From: Candidatus Woesebacteria bacterium | GTDB taxonomy: Bacteria; Patescibacteriota; Microgenomatia; UBA8517 | NCBI GenBank assembly: GCA_020060565.1 | Contig: JAGVAE010000002.1 | Location: 307,270-371,269, forward strand | Direction: 5' to 3' | DNA length: 64,000 nucleotides | Shown here: positions 46,186-56,368 of the stretch, one piece after another | Numbering within the stretch: the first letter of the stretch is position 1 | How the letters are laid out: the number at the start of each line of letters is the position of its first letter | Made by a program: the position numbers and the translations under genes | The notes under the pieces: generated by a model | Databases searched by the model: none | What the model was told of the DNA's origin: nothing | Seen by the model: the letters and a program-made list of their open reading frames with translations, nothing else

Positions 46186-47194
46186 TCCATATTTAGATAC
46201 ATTAGGAGGAGGGGAACGCTATACACTTTCCTTTGTCAAGGCATTAATTGATAAAAGGTATCAGGTAGATATTGAGTGGAAATCCAAAGGAATCGTTAAA
46301 CTTCTTGAAGACCGTTTTGGAATGAACCTTGTGGGGGTCAATGTAGTTGAGAATGTAAACAGGGGAGACGGATATGATCTTTGTTTTTGGGTCAGTGATG
46401 GAAGTATTCCAGCTCTTCGTGCTAGAAAAAACCTTCTCCATTTTCAAATTCCACTCCATGATGTAAACGGAAAGTCCTTGATGAATAAAATGAAACTTTT
46501 TAGAGTAAGTAAAGTAATATGTAACTCCTTTTTTACAAAAAAAATTATCGATAGGGAGTATGGGGTAAACAGTGTTGTTATTTATCCTCCTATTGATACA
46601 AAATCGATAAAACCAAAAAGAAAAGAAAATATAATTTTGTATGTTGGAAGATTTTCCAAACTAACACAAAGTAAAAGGCAAGATGTTTTAGTTCATGCAT
46701 TCAAGAAACTTATTTCTGCAGGGGGTTTATCTGATTGGAAATTAATTTTAGTAGGAGGAATCGAGGTTGGGGTAGATAGTTATTTTGAAGAAATCAAAAA
46801 AATATCATCTGAGCTTCCAATTGAGATAATCACAAGCCCTGATTTTAAGACACTAAAAGAATTATATGGAAGAGCAAAACTATTTTGGTCTGCTTCGGGG
46901 TTTGGAGAGGACGAAGCCAAAAATCCTCAAAAAGTCGAGCATTTTGGTATGACCGTTGTTGAGGCAATGACTGCGGGTGTAGTACCTGTTGTATACAATG
47001 CGGGTGGACATAAAGAAATTATTAGAGATAGTAAAAATGGATTTTTATGGACAAAAGAAAACGACCTTATAAAAATTACCTCCAAAATCATTAAAGATAA
47101 GTCTCTATTAAGAAGGATTTCTGCAAATGCAAAAAGTGATTCAGAATTTTATTCAAAAGAAAAATTTGAAGAGGAAATATTTAAGTTGATATGA
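46166..47194 (+). CDS. GT4 (group 1) glycosyltransferase.
   Basis: 'EHFGMTVVEAMTAGVVPVVYNAGGHKEII', the E-x7-E GT4 motif region. Confidence 0.8.
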   Translation: MKAAIYNPYLDTLGGGERYTLSFVKALIDKRYQVDIEWKSKGIVKLLEDRFGMNLVGVNVVENVNRGDGYDLCFWVSDGSIPALRARKNLLHFQIPLHDVNGKSLMNKMKLFRVSKVICNSFFTKKIIDREYGVNSVVIYPPIDTKSIKPKRKENIILYVGRFSKLTQSKRQDVLVHAFKKLISAGGLSDWKLILVGGIEVGVDSYFEEIKKISSELPIEIITSPDFKTLKELYGRAKLFWSASGFGEDEAKNPQKVEHFGMTVVEAMTAGVVPVVYNAGGHKEIIRDSKNGFLWTKENDLIKITSKIIKDKSLLRRISANAKSDSEFYSKEKFEEEIFKLI

Positions 47195-49524
47195 AGCTCC
47201 GTTTTCTTAAAAACTGGCCGATTTTCGCTATTTTTGTAGTTGTTTTTGTCTTTTTTTGGAAAGTTTTCTTGTTAGGACAAGTTCCCATCCCAGCCGATTT
47301 TATTGTAGGTACTTACTATCCATGGCTGGATTACAAATGGGGTTATTCAGTTGGAGTTCCTGTTAAAAATCCAGTAACTAGTGATGTGGTTTCAATAGTA
47401 TACCCACTTAGAAGTTATGCAGTTGATATTTTAAGACAAGGACGTCTGCCTTTATGGAATCCTTTTATGTTTAATGGGTTTCCACTTCTTGCAGATTTTC
47501 AAGTTGGACTGCTTTCTCCAACTATGTTGTTATATTTTTTTCTCCCTAAGATCTGGGCTTGGACATTTCAAGTAATGGCACAGCCTTTTCTTGCAGCACT
47601 TTTTACATATTTATTACTCAGGAACTTTGGACTTGAAAAGAAGGCATCTTTTTTTGGAGGAATCTTTTATGCATTCGCGTCATTTAACATAGTTTGGATG
47701 GAATGGAATACAAATTCACTCGTTGCAGCATTTATACCCTTAATCATTTTATTATTGGATAAACTCATAAAAACTGGAAAGACATATTGGGGGATCTTGT
47801 TATCTGTGAGTATATGTTTACAAATATTCTCAGGCTATCCACAACTGGTTATTTTTACAGTAGTGGCTCTTTTTGTTTTTATTTTCTTCCATTTGAAAGA
47901 ATTTAATATAAAGAAAATCTTTTATATTTTATTATTTCTTTTTTCGGGACTATTACTTTCAGCAGTAATTACAATTCCAGCATCTGAACTAATATTAAAT
48001 TCTCAAAGAAGGTTCGAGATTTTGGCGCATGATCTCATTTATCTTCCTTGGCAAAATTTAATTACAATATTTGCACCAGATTATTTTGGCAATCCCGCAA
48101 CTGGAAATTATTTTGGTGTTGGTAATTACGCTATTAACACAATTTACTCAGGAGTAATTGTATTTATTTTGGCATTAGTTGGAATTTTTAAATATTGGAA
48201 TCGTCGTGAAATAAAATACTTTGTTTGCTTGATTCTTCTAAGTTTACTGTTTGCTCTTCCAACTCCTTTTGCAAAGTTGCTTTTTGATTTTCATATTCCA
48301 GGTCTTTCAGCATCATCCAATACTAGAATATTAGTTTTGGCGAACTTATCATTTGCCGTACTTGCTGGTTTTGGAATGTTGAGTCTTTTAAAGAAGGAAA
48401 AAATATCAAACCTTAAAATTATTTTTATACCATTAATTACCCTTATTGGAGCTTTTTTCTATACCCACTTCTTTGGAATTGATAAAAGTATCTCACTAAG
48501 AAATCTAATTTTACCAATTGGCTTTTCTGTTATAGCTATAGTATTAATTCTATTAAGGCAACACTTTTACGATAAAAGATTGTTAAGATATTTACTTGTA
48601 ATATTCATTGGGGCGGTTGCCATAATTGAACTTTTTAGATATGGTTTCAAATATACACCATTTTCTCCCCAATACTTAATTTTTCCAGAAACTCCAATAC
48701 TTTCATATTTGAAAAAAGATAACGAACTATTCAGAGTATCGCCAGGAAATACGATACCTATGAACATGTGGGTTCCTTATGGTATTGAATCTACTTCTGG
48801 GTATGATGCTGCTTATCCTATCTGGTGGGCAACTCTATTTGGTGTAATAACCAGTCAAGATGCGGATAATAAAAGCTTCAGTTATTATGCACCTTTTGAA
48901 AAATATGATAGTCCATGGTTTGATGTACTTAACAATAAATATTTACTCGTTTATAATCCACGGTCAGTTTCAAATGAGTCTTCAGAGAAGCTGTTGCTCA
49001 ATCAAATAAACAACATCAAAAAGTTTGAAAAAGTTTTTCAGGATAAATCAGTTGCTATATTTAAAAACAACAAAGTCTTTCCCAGGGCATTTTTCGTTTC
49101 CGACTGGGAAGTTTTATCAGATAAAGAGACGCTTTCAATTCTTATCGATAAAAATTTTTCTTTTAGAGAAAAAATAACAATTAATAAAGATACAAACCTT
49201 ACAAAAAGTGAAAATGTGGTAAGTAAAGTTTCCTATAAATCCTATTCACCTGAAAAAATTTTAATAAATGTTGAAACCAATAAAGAAGGTTTTCTGTTTG
49301 TTTCTGATTCTTGGTATCCTGGTTGGAAAGCGTATGTTGATGGGAAGGGTGTGGAGATATTTCGAGCCAATTATGCCTTTAAAGCTGTCCCTGTATTAAA
49401 AGGTAATCATAAGGTAGAATTCATTTATGATCCAATGTCTTTGAAAGTCGGAAAGATATTGTCTTTGACAACACTTGTATTTTTAGTAGGAGTTTTAATA
49501 TATGAAAAACGAAAACAAATTTAA
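47191..49524 (+). CDS. YfhO-like GT-C membrane glycosyltransferase, long form of 777 aa.
   Basis: About 14 or more transmembrane helices, and a C-terminal 'DSWYPGWKAYVDGKGVEIFRANYAFKAVPVLKGNHKVEFIYDP', the classical YfhO-family C-terminus. Confidence 0.5.
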   Translation: MKLRFLKNWPIFAIFVVVFVFFWKVFLLGQVPIPADFIVGTYYPWLDYKWGYSVGVPVKNPVTSDVVSIVYPLRSYAVDILRQGRLPLWNPFMFNGFPLLADFQVGLLSPTMLLYFFLPKIWAWTFQVMAQPFLAALFTYLLLRNFGLEKKASFFGGIFYAFASFNIVWMEWNTNSLVAAFIPLIILLLDKLIKTGKTYWGILLSVSICLQIFSGYPQLVIFTVVALFVFIFFHLKEFNIKKIFYILLFLFSGLLLSAVITIPASELILNSQRRFEILAHDLIYLPWQNLITIFAPDYFGNPATGNYFGVGNYAINTIYSGVIVFILALVGIFKYWNRREIKYFVCLILLSLLFALPTPFAKLLFDFHIPGLSASSNTRILVLANLSFAVLAGFGMLSLLKKEKISNLKIIFIPLITLIGAFFYTHFFGIDKSISLRNLILPIGFSVIAIVLILLRQHFYDKRLLRYLLVIFIGAVAIIELFRYGFKYTPFSPQYLIFPETPILSYLKKDNELFRVSPGNTIPMNMWVPYGIESTSGYDAAYPIWWATLFGVITSQDADNKSFSYYAPFEKYDSPWFDVLNNKYLLVYNPRSVSNESSEKLLLNQINNIKKFEKVFQDKSVAIFKNNKVFPRAFFVSDWEVLSDKETLSILIDKNFSFREKITINKDTNLTKSENVVSKVSYKSYSPEKILINVETNKEGFLFVSDSWYPGWKAYVDGKGVEIFRANYAFKAVPVLKGNHKVEFIYDPMSLKVGKILSLTTLVFLVGVLIYEKRKQI

Positions 49525-50407
49525 AGTTTCGGTAGTAATGCCAAATCTCAATGGAGAAAAACTTTTGGAAAAGAACCTTCCAAATCTTATTGCGGCTAAA
49601 AATTATACCCCCAACGGAATAATGGAAATTATTATAGTTGATGATGGGTCTTGGGATGGTAGTGTTTCTTTTTTAAAGAAAAACTATCCAGATATCAGAC
49701 TTTTTAAGCACAAAATAAATAGAGGTTTTTCAGCAGCGGTTAATACTGGGGCGAGGGCGGCTAAGGGAGATTTGATACTCCTTATTAATACCGATGTTCT
49801 TCCAAATCGAGATTTTCTTGTAAATGTGTTGCCCAGTTTTAAAGATAAAACTGTATTTGCTGTTTCAACCCACGAAAAAGGATTTGGATCTGCAAAAGGA
49901 ACATTTGTGGATGGTTATATTCAACTTGCAATGGGGGAAGAGGGAAATAAAAAGCACCCCAGTTTTTATGTCAGCGGAGGAAGCGGGGTTTTTAGAAGAA
50001 GTATATGGGTCGAACTTGGTGGAATGGATGAAAAACTTCTTTCACCTTTTTATTGGGAAGATATAGATCTTTGCTATAGGGCAGCAAAACGTGGATATAA
50101 ACTACTTTGGGAACCAGACGCAATTGTTGAACACCACCATGAGTCCACCATTAGTAAATTTCCCAAAGATTATGTAGCAAGAATTAGGGAAAGAAATCAG
50201 CTTTTAATGCTTTGGAAGAATGTGACTAGTCCAAACCTAACCAGAAAACACATAATTGGTCTTTTGGCACGGCTTATTAAACATCCTGGGTATATTAGAA
50301 TAATAATGATGGCTCTTGGTAGATTTGGGACAGTGATGCAAAAAAGAAAGAAGGAGATAAAAGAAAGCAAGGTTTCTGATGAAGTAATATTTTCTAGATA
50401 TGCATAA
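49502..50407 (+). CDS. GT2 glycosyltransferase.
   Basis: 'VSVVMPNLNGEKLL', 'IVDDGSWDGS', 'INTDVL', 'YWEDIDLCYRA'. Confidence 0.75.
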   Translation: MKNENKFKVSVVMPNLNGEKLLEKNLPNLIAAKNYTPNGIMEIIIVDDGSWDGSVSFLKKNYPDIRLFKHKINRGFSAAVNTGARAAKGDLILLINTDVLPNRDFLVNVLPSFKDKTVFAVSTHEKGFGSAKGTFVDGYIQLAMGEEGNKKHPSFYVSGGSGVFRRSIWVELGGMDEKLLSPFYWEDIDLCYRAAKRGYKLLWEPDAIVEHHHESTISKFPKDYVARIRERNQLLMLWKNVTSPNLTRKHIIGLLARLIKHPGYIRIIMMALGRFGTVMQKRKKEIKESKVSDEVIFSRYA

Positions 50408-51236
50408 GAAAGACATTGTCCTTTCGATTGTTGTAGTTAATCTAAACACAAAAGATCTAACAATTGGTTGCATCCGTTCTGTTAAAAAAGAAGCTAAGGA
50501 TTTATCGTTTGAACTACTCTTAACCGATAATGGAAGTAATGATGGTTCTGTTGAAGCTTTTAGGGAGATTAAAAAAGAAGATTATTGGAAAGATAAATTT
50601 ACACTGATTCTTAATGATAGTAACACTGGATATGCTAAGGCAAATAATCAGGGGATAAGAAAAGCTAAAGGAAAATATATACTTCTACTAAATAATGATA
50701 CGGTAGTTCATCAAAACGCTTTACAGTGTTTGGTTAGCTTTGCCGATAAAAGTTCAGATGTTGGTGTAGTTGGTTCTCGGCTTCTTAATATTGATGGAAC
50801 ACTTCAGATGTCTTGTTATCATTTTCCAACAATAACAAATGCCATAAAGGAATATTGGCTGGGTCAGAAGGGGTTATTTGAAAAGTTTGCACCAAAAGGA
50901 AAAAATCCTATAACAGTGGACTCGGTAGTTGGGGCAGCATTCTTAATTACACCGGAAGCGAAAAAACGTGTTGGAATATTAGATGAACGCTACTTCGCTT
51001 ATTTTGAAGATATTGACTATTGTAGACAAACCTGGAAAAAAGGACTTAAGGTTTACTATCTACCTGACTCGGTTATTACACACTATCATGGAGCAACATT
51101 TAAAAAATTAGCAAATGAAAAAGAGAGGTGGAAAAAATTAATTCCTTCAAGCAAGGTTTATCATGGAACTCTTAAGCACTATATTATCAATACAGTACTT
51201 TGGTTGGGTCAAAAATGGCAAAAAATAATTTCATAA
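50400..51236 (+). CDS. GT2 glycosyltransferase.
   Basis: 'LSIVVVNLNTKDLT', 'LTDNGSNDGS', 'LLNNDTVV', 'YFEDIDYCRQ'. Confidence 0.75.
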   Translation: MHKKDIVLSIVVVNLNTKDLTIGCIRSVKKEAKDLSFELLLTDNGSNDGSVEAFREIKKEDYWKDKFTLILNDSNTGYAKANNQGIRKAKGKYILLLNNDTVVHQNALQCLVSFADKSSDVGVVGSRLLNIDGTLQMSCYHFPTITNAIKEYWLGQKGLFEKFAPKGKNPITVDSVVGAAFLITPEAKKRVGILDERYFAYFEDIDYCRQTWKKGLKVYYLPDSVITHYHGATFKKLANEKERWKKLIPSSKVYHGTLKHYIINTVLWLGQKWQKIIS

Positions 51237-52921
51237 TTTTTTTTAAAAAATTGCTTAAAGTTAAGATATTATTAATAACAATTGTCTTATTGGCATCTTT
51301 CTTACGGCTTTATAAAATTTCGATAAATCCTCCATCGCTTTTTGGTGATGAATTGGATTTGGGTTACCAAGCTTATTCAATACTTAAAACAGGACGCGAC
51401 TATCAAGGTAATTTTATGCCAATTCATTTCCACTCTTTGGCTGAATGGAGAACCCCGCTTTATTTATACTCCGCAGTTCCTACGGTTGCTGTGTTTGGTA
51501 TAACTCCACTTGGAGTACGGCTTCCCGCAGCTATATTTGGTATTTTGAGTGTGGTAGCAATGTATTTATTTGTTACCGAATTGACAAAAAACAAACGTTT
51601 AGGAGTTCTTTCGGCTTTTTTAATGGCAGTGTCTCCCTGGGCATTGCAATATTCAAGAGCAGGTTTTGAAGTAACGGAAATGTTATTTTTCCTAATTCTT
51701 GGCCTCTATTTCTTCTTAAAATCTCTTTTTCAATCAAGATACTTATGGCTTTCTGTTATTTGTTTGGTTATAACTCCTTTGATTTACTCTACTGCCAAAC
51801 TGTTTATTCCACTTCTTTTGGTTTTTCTATTTATTCTATATAGAAAAGAAGTCGTAAAATTTAAAAGAAAAGATTTAATTGTTGCACTTGTTTCTGGGTT
51901 GATTATTGGTATACCAGTTATTTATAGCACCCTTTTTGGTGGCGGAACTCAAAGAATTGGCGATATTAGTGTTTTCTCTGATCCAAATATGGAACAGGTA
52001 GTTGGAAACGGAAGGAACATTAGCAACAATAGATTCATTTATAATAAATATACTTACTGGGGAGGAAAAATTGTTGATAATTATCTTCAATCATTTTCTC
52101 CAGAATTTCTTTTTTTAAAGGGAGATATTAATCTTCGTCAATCTACAGGGATTGGTGGATTGTATTTGATTGAAATAATTGCTCTCATGTCTGGTTTAGG
52201 TTTTTTCTTCTTTGGAAGGGAGATTAGCATTAAAGTAAAATATCTAATGGGTTTTTGGATTCTTTTGGGAAGTGTTCCCTCAGCCTTAACAATTGGTGGA
52301 GGAGCTCATGCAACTCGTCTAATTTTAATTTTACCCGCATTAATATTTTTTATTTCTTTTGGTTGGGTAGCAATTTATAAAATAGTTGCACAAAAATATA
52401 AAACATCTTTTGTTGTTGCTATTTCCGTTTTGTATGCATTATGCATGCTCTTCTATTTTCATAGATATTATGCAATTTACCCAACAATTAGTGTCAATTG
52501 GTGGCATTATGGATGGAAAGGCGCAATATCTGAGATAAAATCGATTGATTCAAATTATGACCGTGTAATCATTTCAATGAAGGGGGAGCCAGCTTGGATA
52601 TTTTTTGCTGGTTACTATCAATATGATCCACATCTTTGGCAGACAGAATTTCCAATTGGAAAGGATGTTGAAGTCTCTGGATTTGGAAAGATCTCCCATA
52701 TAGGAAAATATTATTTTGGCTCTCCCAATGAGGAAGTCAAAATATACGGGTTGGGCAAGTATATAGATGCAAAAACCTTGTATTTAGCTAATGCCAACGA
52801 AGACGGAGAAAACCTGGTTAAATATCCAGATAAAACACCAGATGGGTTGAAGCTTATAAAAAGTATTACTTATCCTTCAGGTGAACCCGCATTTTATCTT
52901 TTTGAAGGAACTGCAAAATGA
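51215..52921 (+). CDS. ArnT/PMT_2-family GT-C glycosyltransferase, tandem array member 1 of 5. ATG at 51215; the track has TTG at 51200.
   Basis: 'LRLYKISINPPSLFGDELDLGYQAYSILKTGRDYQGNFMP'. Confidence 0.6.
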   Translation: MAKNNFIIFFKKLLKVKILLITIVLLASFLRLYKISINPPSLFGDELDLGYQAYSILKTGRDYQGNFMPIHFHSLAEWRTPLYLYSAVPTVAVFGITPLGVRLPAAIFGILSVVAMYLFVTELTKNKRLGVLSAFLMAVSPWALQYSRAGFEVTEMLFFLILGLYFFLKSLFQSRYLWLSVICLVITPLIYSTAKLFIPLLLVFLFILYRKEVVKFKRKDLIVALVSGLIIGIPVIYSTLFGGGTQRIGDISVFSDPNMEQVVGNGRNISNNRFIYNKYTYWGGKIVDNYLQSFSPEFLFLKGDINLRQSTGIGGLYLIEIIALMSGLGFFFFGREISIKVKYLMGFWILLGSVPSALTIGGGAHATRLILILPALIFFISFGWVAIYKIVAQKYKTSFVVAISVLYALCMLFYFHRYYAIYPTISVNWWHYGWKGAISEIKSIDSNYDRVIISMKGEPAWIFFAGYYQYDPHLWQTEFPIGKDVEVSGFGKISHIGKYYFGSPNEEVKIYGLGKYIDAKTLYLANANEDGENLVKYPDKTPDGLKLIKSITYPSGEPAFYLFEGTAK

Positions 52922-52974
52922 CAAGCTTTGCTAAGTAATGTCTCTTAGCCTTCTTGATGGTACAATTATTGTAG

Positions 52975-54669
52975 ATGAAAAGGATCGCAATTTGGGTTAT
53001 TCTGATTTTTGCATTTTTGCTTCGTTTTATATTAATAGATAAATATCCAATGGGATTTAATGCCGATGAAGCCTCTTTTGGTTATGATGCCTATTCAATC
53101 TTAAAAACTGGCAAGGACCAGTGGGGGAACACATTTCCTTTAGTCCTTAAGTCGTTTGGGGATTATAAATCACCAATCTTTAGCTATCTGACGATTCCAT
53201 CGATCGCCGTCTTTGGTCTTAGTGTCTTTGCAACCCGCCTTCCCAATGTAATAATTGGCACTCTAGCTGTTTTTGCAGTTTATTTATTAGTTCTTGAAAT
53301 TGGTAAATTGAAAATTAGTCATTCATTGAAAATTGGCAATTGGAAATTGGCAATTGCGGCAAGTTTTTTGCTTGCCGTCAATCCTTGGAGTGTAATGATG
53401 AGTAGAGGTGCATTTGAAGCGAACTTGATTACTCTTTTTTTACCTCTTGGAATTTATTTCTTTTTAAGAGCACAGGAAAACAGTAAGTATTATGTTTGGT
53501 CCTCTGTTTTTTTTGGAATTAATCTTTTTACGTATCATTCAGCAAAATTTATTACCCCAATAGTACTTGTTGGGCTAATACTTATTTTTAGAAAGTCTAT
53601 TGCAAATATCAAATTCAATAAAATTTTACCGTCACTGGTAATGTTTTTAGTATTCTTTGGTGCTCTTGTTTACTCTTTGACAATTGGGGGCGCAACTAGA
53701 ATGGTAGAAAGAAGTATTACTCAAGGCGCACTTATCCAGGGTTTTGATGAGAGAATGGAAGCACTTTCTCACGGGTCAAACCCAATAGTTGCCAAAATAC
53801 TTCACAATAAATATCAAGTAATGGTAAGTAGGTTTATTTTTAATTATTTTCAATATTATTCGCCTAAATTTTTAATTAATGATGGGGCTGGGGACGGAAG
53901 CTATGGAATGATACCTGGTGTTGGAGTTGTTAACATGGTTGAAATTGTTTTGTTCTTTGGAATTATTCCACTATTGTTTATTGAGAAAAAGTATAAAAAC
54001 GTACTTTTGGTGGTTTTAGCTTGGTTGGCTATAACTCCAGTTCCTGCTGCATTGGCAACAGGTATAGGTTACTCGGGCAATAGAGCAGAAGGGATGATTC
54101 CTGTTTTACAAATCATTGGAGCCTTTGGATTTGTTGGATGGGCACTTCTTTTAAAAAGATTTAAAAGGATCTATTTTAAAATTGTATTGGTTTGTTTAGG
54201 TATACTATTAATTTTTGGAGTATATGGATTTGTCAGATCATACTTTAAGATTCCTTCAAATCTAGTATTAAGTCAGCAAATATATGGGAGTTTAGAGGTT
54301 GCTGCTTGGTTGTCAGAAAACAGCAAAGGACGTGAAGTATTGGTTAGTAGAAGCTTAACTGAAACTCAAATCTTTGTAGCATTTGCAAATGCTTGGGATC
54401 CAATTAATTTTCAGAAAAATACAAAAACCTGGGGGTTTGATGAGTCAAACTTATCTTGGGTAGATCAATTACCAAATTATTCAGTTGGAAATTATACATT
54501 TAAATCCATCGATCCAATAAAAGATTTTATGGGGGATAGATTAATTGTTTTGAGGGCTCATGAGTTCGTAGGAGAACAAATTCCGACAAAAGTATTTTAT
54601 TATCCAGATGGAACACCAAATATTTATGTTTTAGATATGAACCAAAAAGCTTATGCAAACAACATATAA
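52975..54669 (+). CDS. ArnT/PMT_2-family GT-C glycosyltransferase, array member 2.
   Basis: 'LRFILIDKYPMGFNADEASFGYDAYSILKTGKDQWGNTFP'. It contains an AATTGG-based repeat at 53296-53357. Confidence 0.6.
   Translation: MKRIAIWVILIFAFLLRFILIDKYPMGFNADEASFGYDAYSILKTGKDQWGNTFPLVLKSFGDYKSPIFSYLTIPSIAVFGLSVFATRLPNVIIGTLAVFAVYLLVLEIGKLKISHSLKIGNWKLAIAASFLLAVNPWSVMMSRGAFEANLITLFLPLGIYFFLRAQENSKYYVWSSVFFGINLFTYHSAKFITPIVLVGLILIFRKSIANIKFNKILPSLVMFLVFFGALVYSLTIGGATRMVERSITQGALIQGFDERMEALSHGSNPIVAKILHNKYQVMVSRFIFNYFQYYSPKFLINDGAGDGSYGMIPGVGVVNMVEIVLFFGIIPLLFIEKKYKNVLLVVLAWLAITPVPAALATGIGYSGNRAEGMIPVLQIIGAFGFVGWALLLKRFKRIYFKIVLVCLGILLIFGVYGFVRSYFKIPSNLVLSQQIYGSLEVAAWLSENSKGREVLVSRSLTETQIFVAFANAWDPINFQKNTKTWGFDESNLSWVDQLPNYSVGNYTFKSIDPIKDFMGDRLIVLRAHEFVGEQIPTKVFYYPDGTPNIYVLDMNQKAYANNI
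53330..53357 (+). repeat. A 14-bp tandem duplication (aaattggcaattgg / aaattggcaattgc) built from AATTGG units, inside the ArnT-like gene at 52975..54669. More AATTGG-like units lie just upstream at 53296-53316.
   Basis: Read directly from the sequence. The position is homologous to the repeat in the paralogue at 56700. Confidence 0.7.
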
Positions 54670-56368
54670 ATCAAAATGGAAAGAAATTGGGACCTTAATT
54701 GTAATTGTTGTTTTGGGGTTTTTTTTAAGATGTTATTCTCTTACTTCTTTTCCACCTTCACTAAATTGGGATGAGGTATCACATGGTTACAATTCATATT
54801 CTATTTTGAAGACGGGAAAAGATGAATGGGGAGAAAACTTACCTTCGATCTTCAGGGCGTATGGAGATTATAAACTTCCTGTCTATATATACATAACTAC
54901 AATATCAATAAAAGCATTTGGTTTAACTGATTTTGCAGTGAGATTTCCCTCTGTGTTGGCAGGAGTGGGAACTATAATCGCAACATACTATTTGACGTAT
55001 GAGTTGTTTAGGAAAAGGAAACTCGGTTATTTATCAGCTTTCTTAGTTGCTGTTGAACCCTGGAGTCTTTTTACTTCCCGAGGGGCATTTGAAGCTAATT
55101 TAGCCTTGTTTTTTGTTGTTCTTGGTGTTTATTTCTTTGTAAAGATTATTAAGAATTCTAAATATCTAATATTTTCATCATTCTTTTTAGGTCTTTCTGT
55201 ATGGACTTACAATTCGGCACGCGGATTTGTTCCAATCCTATTGATAGTTATGGCAATGCTGTATAAAAAAGGTCTAAAAGACATTTTTTCAAGAAACATA
55301 AAAACCATTATATTTAGCGCCTTAGTTTTGATGGTTTTTTTAATTCCCATGTTTGTCCAACTTATGCAGCCATCTGGTCAGGCGCGGTATGGCAAAGTTT
55401 CACTTATAGATAATGGAGCAATTACTCAAATAAATGAGTCAAGAAGGATTTCAAAACTGTCACCTTTTCTTAACCGAGCAGTTAATAATAAAGTTACATA
55501 TTTTGCTAAACATTTTACGGTTAATTGGGTCTCACACTTTTCTTTCGATTTCCTGTTTTTTAATGGTGGGAGCAATTATCAGTTTAACATTCCAAAGCAC
55601 GGCATAATCTACATTATCAATGTGATACCGATGATTGTAGGTTTTGTTTGGCTGATTATTAAGAGGTCAAAGAGTGCAATTCTACTTATTGCTTGGTTGT
55701 TAATATCGCCAATTCCGTCATCCATAACAAATGAAGCACCTCATGTCTTAAGGGTAATAACCATGCTTCCCGTGCCAATGATTATTACGGCAATTGGTAT
55801 TTACAAAATGGCAGAGTGGTTGAAAAACAAAATTCATGTTTCAAGAAGTATAACTATAACTTTATACATAATAGTTATTTTTGTTTTTTTGGAAAACTAC
55901 ATGATAAATTACTTTACTAATTATAGGAGAGATTATTCATGGAGTTGGCAATATGGTTACAAAGAAGTTGTTGGTTATGTAAGAGACAATTACAATAACT
56001 ACGATAAAATTATTGTAACAAAAAAGTATGGTGAACCCCATGAATACTTTTTGTATTATCTAAAGTATGATCCCATCAAATACCATAACGATTCGGAAAA
56101 GATAACCTTTTATCAAAGTGGTTGGTGGTGGGTAGATAGATTTGATAAATTTTATTTTGTAAACGATTGGCAGATTAAACTTAACCCTGATTATATGAGT
56201 AGTATTCAGCAGTCTTTTATAACAGAATCAAAAAATATGGTCGATTGTTCTAATGTAAAATGTTTACTTGTAACTTCGCCTGACAATTTTCCACCAGGAT
56301 GGAAAAAAGTAAAAACAACCAAATTTTTAGATGGAAGTGTGGCATTTGAAATGTATGAAAATAATTAA
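54653..56368 (+). CDS. ArnT/PMT_2-family GT-C glycosyltransferase, array member 3.
   Basis: 'LRCYSLTSFPPSLNWDEVSHGYNSYSILKTGKDEWGENLP'. Confidence 0.6.
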   Translation: MQTTYKSKWKEIGTLIVIVVLGFFLRCYSLTSFPPSLNWDEVSHGYNSYSILKTGKDEWGENLPSIFRAYGDYKLPVYIYITTISIKAFGLTDFAVRFPSVLAGVGTIIATYYLTYELFRKRKLGYLSAFLVAVEPWSLFTSRGAFEANLALFFVVLGVYFFVKIIKNSKYLIFSSFFLGLSVWTYNSARGFVPILLIVMAMLYKKGLKDIFSRNIKTIIFSALVLMVFLIPMFVQLMQPSGQARYGKVSLIDNGAITQINESRRISKLSPFLNRAVNNKVTYFAKHFTVNWVSHFSFDFLFFNGGSNYQFNIPKHGIIYIINVIPMIVGFVWLIIKRSKSAILLIAWLLISPIPSSITNEAPHVLRVITMLPVPMIITAIGIYKMAEWLKNKIHVSRSITITLYIIVIFVFLENYMINYFTNYRRDYSWSWQYGYKEVVGYVRDNYNNYDKIIVTKKYGEPHEYFLYYLKYDPIKYHNDSEKITFYQSGWWWVDRFDKFYFVNDWQIKLNPDYMSSIQQSFITESKNMVDCSNVKCLLVTSPDNFPPGWKKVKTTKFLDGSVAFEMYENN